Shown in pieces: positions 24,886 through 36,757 of a stretch of 64,000 nt of DNA. Numbering within the stretch: the stretch's first letter is position 1; each line of letters starts with the position of its first letter. Below the pieces are notes generated by a model, which saw nothing but the letters and a program-made list of their open reading frames with translations, was not told where the DNA came from and did not search any database. The position numbers and the translations under genes are program-made. This DNA comes from Amphiscolops sp. MND2022 (taxonomy: Eukaryota): NCBI GenBank assembly GCA_964187785.1, contig OZ076409.1:58902001-58966000 (forward strand), given 5' to 3'.

Positions 24886-27584
24886 TAATTTTGCCACGAC
24901 TCCAAATCTCTGATCAAATGTCGATAGGACAATATGTCGTATCAGACCCAGCTAATATCGCCTACAAGCAGTCACAAAAGGACATTACAGGGACCCCATC
25001 GACTGTCTGTCAGCAGCAGATGTGGAAGCCTGTACTCAAACTCAATACATTATTCACAGTGACCACCCATATCTATATCGACGTAATAACCTCACTAAAG
25101 ACTCAGAAACCCAATTCCGACCCTTACAAATTGTCGAAGGATACAACCCCCAATACTATGACCCTGAGTACGGCAAAGACCCGTACTGGGATGATGATAT
25201 ATACGATAAACACAATTTACAATTCCGGAATGATGACTACCCGCCAACGGACGATGAGGATGACCCCGACATTGTAGACAATATACTGTCCCGGGCACTT
25301 ATTGAACCGTGGCAACCAAATTTTGATGCAATCAAAGATCAGCCACATGCAGAAGAGACACAGGCCACACCTGGCCTTCTCGACGAGACAGCCTTCATAC
25401 ATGTCCTTGTAACTAAAGAAGGAGAACCAGCGTATAAACCCTTATCCACAAACGTCGGACTCAAATACAAAAAACGGATGCTATATTTCCCGATGCACTT
25501 TGGGAAACTAACCATAGACGGCCTCATAGACACTGGAGCTCACTCCAGCGCAATACCGGAAGCAGACCTCAGGAAAATACGCCTATTGGCGCCCCAATCC
25601 ATAGTCAAAGAGGGACCTGCCCCGACGTTTCAAATTATGGTCGCAAACGGACAATTGGAAACCCCAAAGAGTACTGTTGAACTCAAGTTCGAAGTCGGAG
25701 ATATTGAATTCCATGAAATATTTATAGTAATGGAAAAACTGACTGGCCCTATCATAGGACTAATGTTCCTCCAGAGGAATCATCAGTACTGGACAAGGCA
25801 TTCTCATTTTCCCATATTTCTCGATGCAACTCAAAACGGCTGACCATAAATACTCCAACGTACTGGAACCAATACTTAACCCAGACGATATCACAATACC
25901 ACCCAATGACCGTACTTTGGTAGAGATCAAATCCCAAATATACAATGAAAACACGGTCACAGGAGTGTTGCAACCCAGTGATCTCCTCCATGAAAAAGGC
26001 GACATCACATTCTGTGCCGCAATAGTCACATTGACTAGTTGAAACGTCAACGTTCATATCAACAATTTCACAGACCAACCGTACAAGCTTAAAAAGGGAC
26101 TACACATAGCAAACTTTTCCGTACTAACACCGGAACAGATGAAACACGTCAAACCAATTGACCCGGTGTCCACATGGCATCTCCTCAATGAAAACGAAGA
26201 GGATGCGATCTACTATGTCAGTAGTCTACTCAAGGCTAACAGGAACAATGACCAATATGAGCAGTACTGGTTTCCAACGCCAGAAAACCCAGGGGACGAA
26301 GATTCCCATACTCCCATCCAACGACGACTCTTCAAGAATTACGAAACCTCCAAGAAGCTGAACAATTGAACCCTCAGAATGTTGATGAGTCACGCCGCAA
26401 TTTCCTTGGCATTTTCGACTGGAAAGACTCCATGCTGCAGCAACATGGAATCAAAAAGATCGAATCGCTTCTAGTCGAATACCATGACATATTCGCACGA
26501 CACAGATTTGACATTGGACTTAATGAAGAATTCACAGTCAAGCTGACCCCTAAGGACGATTCGCCTGCTTACAGCCAAAGTCTTCCAACTCCAGTCAATT
26601 TAAAAGAGGACATACTCGTCGAAATGGCCCTCTTACACAAATATGGCATAATAACTACACTGCCATTTTCGAAATACGCCAGCCCCATATTTGCACAGAA
26701 AAAACCGAATGGGAAGCTAAGCCTACTAGTCGACCTGAGGAAAATTAATAACTTCATTTCGGATGACTATATAAACAACAATCATCCGGTTAGCACCCTA
26801 ACGGACGCTGCACAACATATGGCAGGAAAGAAACTGTTCTGTAAACTTGACTGTTCACAGGCATACCACTGTCTCCCAATGGCGGACCAAAGGTCCGTTG
26901 AGATGCTTGCGTTCAATTTTGCAAGCCGCACCTTTGCGTACAGATGACTTGCTCAGGGCCTTAGCAGGGCATTATCAGCCTTTTCAAGTTTTATGAGGGA
27001 ATACCTTGATAAAGTTATCAAAGCTGATCAATATGTCGACGACATTGGCATAGCCGCCAACGACGCGGACCATCTCATCAAAAATTTGAAAGCAACCTTT
27101 GAGTGTATTAGACATGCGGGCCTTAAACTAACAATGCACAAATGTCACTTCGGGGCAACGGAAATCGACTTCTTGGGAAGAACAAATACTCCGGAGGGAG
27201 TCAAACCACAAAAGGAGCGAATAACAAACTCCTTAGAAAAAACCAAATTCCCCAAATCTAAAAAGGCTCTGCAAAGATATCTTGGTTTCCTCAATTATTA
27301 CAGGAACTATATCCCAAGATTATCTGAAAAATTAGCTCCCTTCTTCGAACTTCTCAAAAAAGACGAAAAAGTCCTGGTGACTACAGAACTAATACAACAG
27401 TTCAATGAAATCAACCGAGACCTCGACAAATGTAGCCAATTGGCCCTGAAGCAACCTTTGCCAAACAAGCAACTGGTCCTGATGACAGACGCTAGTTTCA
27501 CAGCGGCCGGCTACGCCATACTTACCGAGGACGACCCAAACCAGAAATATTCATCTGTCAAAAAATCATACGCTCCTCAAAAAC

Positions 27585-29667
27585 ATTTGAAAATGGCCTC
27601 AGGGGAATATCGCCGTCAATGGCACAAATATTTGCCACTAGCAGTGCTCAATTATAACACAACTTATCATTCCAGCATTGGTTGCGAACCGAGCAAGGTC
27701 TTTCACGGAAGAATTCCCTACAATGTTCTTGATCATAAACTTGGAAATAATCCTAATAAGGATTTCCTCCCGACGACGGACTTTGCTGAAGAATTACAAC
27801 AGAGAACGAAAGTTCTCATTGACAAAACGAAGCATAACATTAGCATAACATTAGCCAAAATTCAGAACGAAGTCTATTCTGAAGAACTACTCCAGCAAGA
27901 TATCCGATACAAACACTATCTTAACAACTTGGACCGAATAGTCCTTAAAGACGAAATAGTCACACGACAATATTATGATGAAACTGGACGAGTCAAGTAT
28001 CACCAGGTTCTCTTACCAAAACACCTTTTGACAGAATTGTTACAGACCTTACACGGAACGGCGCACAAACACCCTGGCATATCGAAAATGTTACAAGAAA
28101 TCCGACAGAAATACTACTACCCCGGTATAGCAAAACATGTTAAAAAATGGGTAGAAGGATGTGTAACTTGCGCAAAAGATAAACGGGTTCCAAACAACAC
28201 GATAACACCTGAATTGCTTAACTTGCCAAAATGGGACCTTGGACCAGAGGACGCAATGCAAATCGATTTACTCCCAAACTTGCCAACAAGCGGAGGTTAT
28301 CAAACAGTGATGACAGCAATAGATGTCTTTTCAAGATATCTGTTTGCCTACCCGCTAGTTGAGGCAACAGCCTCTAACACGGCAAAGGTCTTAATAGACG
28401 TCATGACAAAGCATTCATATTTACCAACTACGATCATCACCGACAAAGGAACCGCTTTTACATCAAAAATTATTGCAGAGATAACGCAAGTAATGGAAAT
28501 AACCCTAAAAAGTGCGACGACTAAACGCCCACAAACAATTGGCAAACTCGAGAGAACTCACGCCTCATTGAAGACAAATTTGAAAATGGCCTCAGGGGAA
28601 TATCGCCGTCAATGGCACAAATATTTGCCACTAGCAGTGCTCAATTATAACACAACTTATCATTCCAGCATTGGTTGCGAACCGAGCAAGGTCTTTCACG
28701 GAAGAATTCCCTACAATGTTCTTGATCATAAACTTGGAAATAATCCTAATAAGGATTTCCTCCCGACGACGGACTTTGCTGAAGAATTACAACAGAGAAC
28801 GAAAGTTCTCATTGACAAAACGAAGCATAACATTAGCATAACATTAGCCAAAATTCAGAACGAAGACTATTCTGAAGAACTACTCCAGCAAGATATCCGA
28901 TACAAACACTATCTTAACAACTTGGACCGAATAGTCCTTAAAGACGAAATAGTCACACGACAATATTATGATGAAACTGGACGAGTCAAGTATCACCAGG
29001 TTCTCTTACCAAAACACCTTTTGACAGAATTGTTACAGGCCTTACACGGAACGGCGCACAAACACCCTGGCATATCGAAAATGTTACAAGAAATCCGACA
29101 GAAATACTACTACCCCGGTATAGCAAAACATGTTAAAAAATGGGTAGAAGGATGTGTAACTTGCGCAAAAGATAAACGGGTTCCAAACAACACGATAACA
29201 CCTGAATTGCTTAACTTGCCAAAATGGGACCTTGGACCAGAGGACGCAATGCAAATCGATTTACTCCCAAACTTGCCAACAAGCGGAGGTTATCAAACAG
29301 TGATGACAGCAATAGATGTCTTTTCAAGATATCTGTTTGCCTACCCGCTAGTTGAGGCAACAGCCTCTAACACGGCAAAGGTCCTTATAGACGTCATGAC
29401 AAAGCATTCATATTTACCAACTACGATCATCACCGACAAAGGAACCGCTTTTACATCAAAAATTATTGCAGAGATAACGCAAGTAATGGAAATAACCCTA
29501 AAAAGTGCGACGACTAAACACCCACAAACAATTGGCAAACTCGAGAGAACTCACGCCTCATTGAAGACAAATTTGAAAATGGCCTCAGGGGAATATCGCC
29601 GTCAATGGCACAAATATTTGCCACTAGCAGTGCTCAATTATAACACAACTTATCATTCCAGCATTGG
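27585..29667 (+). repeat. 993-bp tandem duplication (2.1 copies) of integrase sequence
   Basis: ATTTGAAAATGGCC recurs at 27585, 28578 and 29571; 4 substitutions seen between the two full copies. Confidence 0.95.
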
Positions 29668-30815
29668 AGTCCAGCATTGGAGTCCAGCATTGGAGTTATT
29701 GCAGTCATACCTGAAATATAAGGAGTACTACGACCGGAAAGCCAAAGCAGCTCCTCTCAGTGAACAAGAAATTTGTTTTATCCTACAGCCTAAAGCGGAT
29801 AATCAAGGATCAAAAATACCATTTAGAGAATACCGCTGGATCGGTCCTTATCGAATTGAAAAGGTATTACCTAACGACAATTATATTGTCCGCCGGTTAA
29901 ATACGAATAAAACGCAGATATTACACCGAATCCGCCTGAAAAAATTTGTTCCAAACACGCCTTTAGAGGACAAATATGCCAAAGAGAAATTGCAACCAGA
30001 TGATGAAATAATCATACCGCAAGATGATTTATACACCATCTCATGGGAAGCAGATTTTGACTACCATGTCTTCGAGCCGAGACGAGACGATAATACGGAT
30101 GAAGAATTACAAACACCAGACAGCGATGCTGGTGTCACGACTAGTGACTACGTCATTTATGACAACGCTGATGACAACGCGGTAAGGCCGGGGAAGGCCA
30201 CCAGCCGAGACGGCACAATTACACGAGACGCAAATGACGTCACCGGATTGAATGAACGAACCAAAATGAATGAAAATGAAGCGGGACCGAGTACGGCTGC
30301 TAGCCGAGACGCACCTATAGTGCATGACGAACATGACGTTAACGAGAATGCTGCGCGAGATGAACAAAGCAGCGAGACAGGAAGGCCGAGAACGGCCACT
30401 AGCCGAAATAATCACAATGGTGGCAATACACCTCCTACTTCAGAAAAGAACGTGAATGACGTCACAAATGAATTAGAAGGCGAGGAAAGCTCTCTTAGTG
30501 AGGGGGATGATATTACCGTGCCCGGAATATCGAATGGAAAAACAAATGAAAAAACTGATGAAAACTTTAGCCCTAGAGGGGGGAAATATAATCTTCGACC
30601 TAACCCCAACCCCAACTATACTGATGAATACAGATACTAGCCAGAAATGTTAAATTGTGTCCCCATTTATTTTACTGCCCGAGAAGGCATGTTTTTTCAT
30701 TGGGACCTTTCTGACTTCCTTTAAAACAGACTAACTGCATGAACATACAAACAGAAAAATACAAAACAAATATACAAATTGAAAGTCTAAGATAACAAAT
30801 GTACTCTATGTACAT

Positions 30816-33800
30816 TTAGTCTTTAGATGAGCCTTGACGCAGCTCCTTCACCGTCTTGGAAAACTCGCTAGGAGGAATATCGCCGAAATAAGCCAATTCC
30901 TGGGCCTTACCAGCAGCCCAATTGATCTTGCGCACAGCAGAGCTGGTAACAGAGGACGAACGAGACGTACTAGCAGCCACAGCAGTTGAAATTCCTTTCA
31001 GATTTTGTAAGCCGTAGTTAAAGTTTTTAGGAACTTGGCTCGACCATAAACGTCCACATGAGACCAAGGATCTCCGGCAAACTGGTATGAATTAAACTGA
31101 CCAGACAATTCTTTGTATGCAGCCAAAGCGGACTCAGTAGTGCAAACGGCTATCGCATCAGGGCAGTTGGCCAGATAAGACTGTGCAGGTAAAATCACAG
31201 CGGAAAGACGACAATGCGAACTAGATGTATCTACATCCTGGAGCTTGACAGCTGGAAGGTCATGATGGTCCTCAGTGATGCAGAGACAACAGAGCCTGAA
31301 TAAATGAAAGAGCCTTGAACGACTCTGGAAAGCGGCCATGGGCACGAGGAAGTCCAGCATATCTGGAATTGTGCCAGGGGAGTTCTTCATAGACGAGTAA
31401 GTACTGCGTAGGTAGTCCACAAACTCGAAATATTCATCTCGACACTCGCTCTTGGAAGCTTCGCCTACCCAGCCTCGAACTCGGAAACTATTGTACAGGG
31501 AATCGAAACAGAAAGTAACCTGATTGAGCGGCAAAGAGAGCAATACGTGAGGGTCGAAACAACCCATCCCATGCACAATGTTAGTGGTGAAATGCACGTT
31601 GCGCAACAGAGACCTCAATAAGGACACGATGTAACCTCGGGCCTCAATTCCAAAATTCTCCCTCTCCTTGGCAACGAGGGCATCTAGACTTGGTTGGCCC
31701 GGCTTCTTATCATCTTGATGTCGTTTCATTTTGGCTCGACAAGCTTGGTCCAAGTCGGTCTCCAATTTCAACCGGCTCAGGAAGTCTCGGCTGGATAACT
31801 GTTTCAAGTCATCGGGAAACAATTGTAGGAGCTCAGTCCATTCGGCATCATTGGGAGTACACTTCGGGAGAATCGCCCTGTGACACAAGCGACGAATAAA
31901 GCGGCAGTACTGTCCGTAGACAAACAAAGTTGCATCTCGTCGTCCTGCCAGGCTGCGTTCAAAGCACTTAGTTTCTAAACAAATACAGACTCAAAAGCGT
32001 GAAAACGAGGCACCATACCAAAAGCGTGCTAGACATGACCTAGAGGCCGAGTTCGATAGTTGGAAACGGATGGAAAGTAGAACTAGACAAACATAGGAAA
32101 AAAACTAACAATCTCGAACCAAACAGGAGAAGAACTCAAGCTTGACGGTGAAGAAGTCGTCTTGGATTATCACCCATTCTAGACTCTGTATCTGAAAAGG
32201 GAAATTATACTTCCAAAGGAGTAAGACGCAAGTTATACTGGCCTAAGACAATACTGGGAGATTGAGACCATCCTAACACCGAAGCGGAATGAGAGATTAA
32301 AGACATACAAACCTTGTTCTTGACACCTTGCAAGACTTGTGTTGGGGCCGTCTTCGTCATGAAGTCAAGGATGTCCTTCCAGTGTTTGATGAGTTCAATG
32401 CACAGAGCTGGAATTTTCCTCAACTGAATGTCGCATGCAGCCGAAGCCTACAAAATGGGGACGAAATAACTTGGAAAGACCCGAATTACGTTTACCACAA
32501 AAGGAAAATTCAACTACAAAACTGCCGACGAGGAAATAAAAAACCAAAACAGTGGATTAAAAATAGATAAAAACCTTGCAAAGCTCCAGACACTGAAGGG
32601 CCCATGGCTGGCTCTGGCACCCACGCAGGAAGACAACCAGATACTTGAGTTGGGTGAACATGTCGATTCGGCCGAAGACATGCTTAGTCTGAAGTACATT
32701 TGGCTGCATGAGTTCCGGCAGAGAGATCACTTCAAATCGGAATGGATATTGAAAATACGTGCGAGATGGCAGACAAATAACAATCTGGATAAGTCTCCCC
32801 TTGGTGGTGACGATAAAGTTAAACTCTTGCCAGTAAGTCATTCTTCCAGAACCGGATCGATAGGCAACGGTAAACGCCCTGTGTGGTAAATTCAAGCCAC
32901 TGGAGACGACATGTCCTGAGATGTCGGAAAGGCCGCGCATGAAGATGTGGTGGAAGATATTCTGAAAAAGAGAATATAGGCTCAGTCGAAGTAATCCCAC
33001 AACAAATTGCCATCAGGATTCTAGGAAAAGAAATACTTACGGTAAGTGTGGCGGACCCCCAGTCGAAAGAAGAAAACAGGGCTTGATGGTTGGTGAATTG
33101 CCCGACTTTTGTCCAGAGACTTTGGAGTAGTGAGAAACTTCCGTCCCTGGGAATGAAGGTGCCAATCAGGGAAATTAGAGTGCTAGTCCTCAAGTCATCA
33201 TGGTTAGTGATACCCCCAATGCTGGCCATATAATCTTCAAAAAACGGATACCGATCTCCTGCTTCGATCAGAGGGACATCCATGAATAACGGTTTCTCTT
33301 TCTCTAATTCGACGGGAGTAAGGACCCAGCCGTCTTTGCCTCTGACTTGGTGAGTCACATTGCCGGTGATTTCGTCGGTTTCCTGCAAGTGCACATACCT
33401 CCACTTCTGGTCCTTCCTCAAATGGCCCTCTGTCCTGTAGTGTCGCAAAATCTCCCTGGCGCCCTTGGAATATATTGACACGTTCGTTTTGCCCAGCATA
33501 CAATAAAATTTGAATTTGTTGTGTACGGGATCGATCGAGTACACTGGATGCCTTTAAAGTAAGCGTCTTCCATGACTTTTCCGGGCTTACTGAGCAGTTT
33601 CCTTCTTTTCCGCGGAGGACTGGGAGTAGCTACATCGGATTCTCGTGGCCGTCTAAGGACGGATAATGGCTGGTGGTCAGTGCTGCTGTACCCACTTCCG
33701 GAAGTGGGTGTCGTGACCTCAGCGCGAGACGTGCTGGGAGTGAGCCTAAAAGGCGTTTCAGGAAGTTTTGTTTTAGGACCAGTCTCACTTACACCATCTG

Positions 33801-34740
33801 TTCCAGATATGGATCCCACCTGATACGGGTCCTCGTCAGTGTTGAACGCCCCGTTCGTATAGCCATCACTGGTAATTCCTCCGAAGCTGCTTTCGTCACC
33901 TGAACTGATGGAAGGTCGACGCGCAGGCGTAGGGCAACGCCGGGGCATACTTTTCTTCTTGTCTTGTGAAGTCCCACTCGTGGCATGTAACAAGAGGGAC
34001 TTCATCATGTGATAAGAAGATATCACAGATTCATCGGCAACTGTGCGAAGGATAGCGTGGACCTGATCTTCATTGAAGGCAATGGTCGTATGACCGGCTG
34101 GCAATTGGACGGGGGTGGCTGCTGTGAAATACTTCCTAATGACCGATCTTCCTTTGACTGATAGTTGCCTATCGGAATTGGCAACCCTAACGCGATATTG
34201 CTCCTGCTCTGTGTCGCTGTGGCCAGACTCGGCCCGGAATTCTCCCTCGAACTCGGGGAAAGCAGAAGGATCCCACGCCATGGAGGACGTAACGGGAGGA
34301 AATGCATCTACACCAGAGCTATCTAAAAGTTCTTCAGCATCGCTAGTATCTCCATAAAGGGGAGCAGCTCCGGATTGCGAAGTCGACTCGGGCTCGATGG
34401 CAGGTCCAGTTTTCTCCTCGCTCACGTCCTGACTCACGACGATTGGGTCAGAGACAGAAACTTTCAAAATTTCAGAGAAGATTGTCGACGTAATTGTGGC
34501 GGGCATAGGTACCGGTATGTCACTGATCTCAGATGCACGTGTTGGGAATTCCATACATGTGGCGATTCTTTCAATAAAAGCAGAGACGCTCTCCTCTGTG
34601 GACGGACTAGAAAAGGACGTTTGGGACAAAGGCCGGACAGGGTCAACTTGTGCCGCGTTACCTTGCTGCTCTACTTCAATAGATCCGTTTCCATCACCAC
34701 TGGGAACAGTGGATTTTGGCATTTCCTTCTCAGAAGACAT
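30816..34740 (-). pseudogene. Antisense spliced accessory gene of element A: hAT-transposase-derived protein with a BED-like finger (~1150 aa; lesions in this copy)
   Basis: Exons 34740-33041, 32961-32575, 32447-32313, 32191-32110 and 31974-30816, joined by GT-AG introns; homologous along its length to 44835-48728 in element B. Confidence 0.8.
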
Positions 34741-35920
34741 ATCTAAACAGAAGGATATAAAGTTTTGCGGACAACTTCCTGAATATGAGTCCATGAATAA
34801 CCGCTATTAAAACCTTCCGGAAGTGAAAAGAAAAAATTCCAAATTCTAAACTTGTTTAGTGAAAATGGACAGGAAGTCAACGAACGAGAGGAAGAGCCTT
34901 GATCAAGCTTATTTCCGTTCAAAAATTAAAAAGACCAAATAGCTTACCTGCGGATGATGGACGTGTAAGGACTGAAGGCAGTTGCTCACAAATGCAAGGG
35001 TACGTGTTGCACCTGTACGCTCGGAACAGCAACAGAGGACCAGTAAGGCCGGATGAATTGCAGGAGTGAAAACTTGGAAGATGGATTGGAGAAGATTCCA
35101 AGAAGGAAAGTGACGGTAGTGGCGTCGGGACAGAAGCGTAAATAGTGACGGAAAGAAAATAAATTGTTCGCTGATGAACTGATTTAAAATGATGAAGACT
35201 AGAAGACTGACTAAAGACCAAGTAAACAATGGATAAATACGAATATGGAAATGTAAAAATTATTGAATTGGAAGAAGATGAAAGTGATTGCAAGAGCAAA
35301 GTTGGAGTTCGTGGCAAACTGGATTTGATGTCATATGTTTTTACAATTATGAGGATTATTTTTTGGATGGAACCTGCCAGAGATATCCACGTTATTCTTA
35401 TTTCGAAACATGTATTTCCATTATTTCATTATTTATTTATTTTGGTTATTTTATAATTTCCTTATTTGGATTATTATTATTAATTCCGCCATTTTGAAAT
35501 GAAGGCTGTAAAGGCGATTCATATTGGCTATCGCGGCGACGCGCCGCGTGCGGCCTTAAAACTTGATTACCCACTCTTGAAATTCTCAAGTGGATATCAA
35601 CAGCAGATAAACACTCAACGGCGTCATTGATGGCTCTTTGCCGCATCAGGCAAACGACTGAAGTGATGATGTAAACAAGGTGGTTTATTGGAAACATCAA
35701 AGGATGTTTAGGAGAATTTATCAATGAAACGATCACCGGGAGAGATGAAACCCCGGGAAAAATCATGAGACTTGAAAATATTTCAGACGAAGTCAGCAAG
35801 GAGAAGTTATCATTCTCTCTTCTGAAGCTTTCAATAACAGTTGGTTAGCGGAACTTGAAAATTCCAAAACTCATTCCAATTCTTATAAAAATTGCTAAGA
35901 AATTCATAAAAGCAAGATTC

Positions 35921-36757
35921 ATGGCCGCCTGATACCCTGAAGACTTCCGAGGCGCGGCGCCCGGCGGTGTAGACATAATCTGCCTATCCAGTGACGAAGA
36001 GGAGGAAATGGGTGACCAGAGCATGAATTCAGTGCTAGACCTCCAATTGTCATCGGATGACGGAGAGATGGATGACGAAATCATGATGATGGCCCATAGT
36101 GTCGAGATGCAACTATCATCGCCTATCCCAATACCTGGTCCTTCAACAGCTCTGCGAATTAGAGATGAAGCCCCCCAATATAACTTGCCAAGATACGGGA
36201 CCTCTGGGACGAGCTTTGCAGCAAGGCCTACTCTCGACCAATCCTTCTTCTCACTAGGAAAAGGAAATGGCCCGATACGGCGAGATGACCGAGTCCGCAG
36301 CAATCACCCTATCAAGCTGTGTAGGGAAATCATTCCCATGGTGGATATTCCTATGTCGCCCCCACCTGAAGAGAGAGGACCAATTTACGATTCCTATTCG
36401 GTGGACGGTCAGAGTAAAATCTCCCAACAGTCTTTGGACACAGTTGCAAACCACTTCCAAGGAATAGAAATTGAGACGAACAGCCCAATGGGGAATTACT
36501 CAGACTGTGTGATATGTGGAAAATCTACCTTACAAATTCAGAGCGAAGCAGTCACGGATTATTTGCGCAAGACGGCCATTTTGGGAGAATCGGCAGATCA
36601 ACTAGAAGCGCGCAAAAGAGCCTTTATGGAAGGAATGCAGGTGGGCACTTTCCTATTACTACCAGGGGGAGTGTCGCAGGCTGCCGCCTGCGATGGCAAC
36701 ATCTATACAATTGACCATACGAGGCCAATTGCTCTACCTGGGACACTTCCATTATAA
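35921..36757 (+). CDS. Accessory ORF3 of element A (acidic SIM-like N-terminus, CxxC), ending inside the 3' LTR
   Basis: Open from 36008 to 36757; a homologous in-frame ATG at 35921 is followed by a premature TGA at 35930; homologue in element B (43631-42900, -). Confidence 0.75.
36664..36671 (+). promoter_or_regulatory. Polypurine tract AGGGGGAG
   Basis: Immediately precedes the TG of the 3' LTR; element B has the related CCAGGGGTAT. Confidence 0.75.

Larger units (their letters stand above)
23198..24888 (+). pseudogene. gag: gag of element A (frameshifts, internal stops)
   Basis: MPSTRRQKAKARKS start; TFDGKTEKF..FEDLF capsid-like region; knuckle CSYCKAEDHFWKNC plus a second degenerate knuckle; ends PESKN*. 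Confidence 0.9.
24879..30640 (+). pseudogene. pol: pol of element A (protease, RT, partial RNase H, duplicated integrase)
   Basis: LIDTGAHSS (protease); KLDCSQAY and YVDD (RT); MTDAS (RNase H N-part); H..AHKHPG...CVTC zinc finger; QIDLLP, ITDKG, KLER (DDE); WIGPY (GPY/F); several frameshifts and stops before 26993. Confidence 0.95.

Noticed and set aside
34909..35799. Several 70-130-aa ORFs in the spacer between the accessory genes
   Set aside because: No protein-level conservation with the equivalent region of element B; AT-rich low complexity.
30816..36757. Accessory ORFs as env, or as an ordinary host gene or nested hAT insertion
   Set aside because: No signal peptide/furin/TM pattern; present at the same place in two diverged elements between pol and the PPT; no TIRs or 8-bp TSD found.
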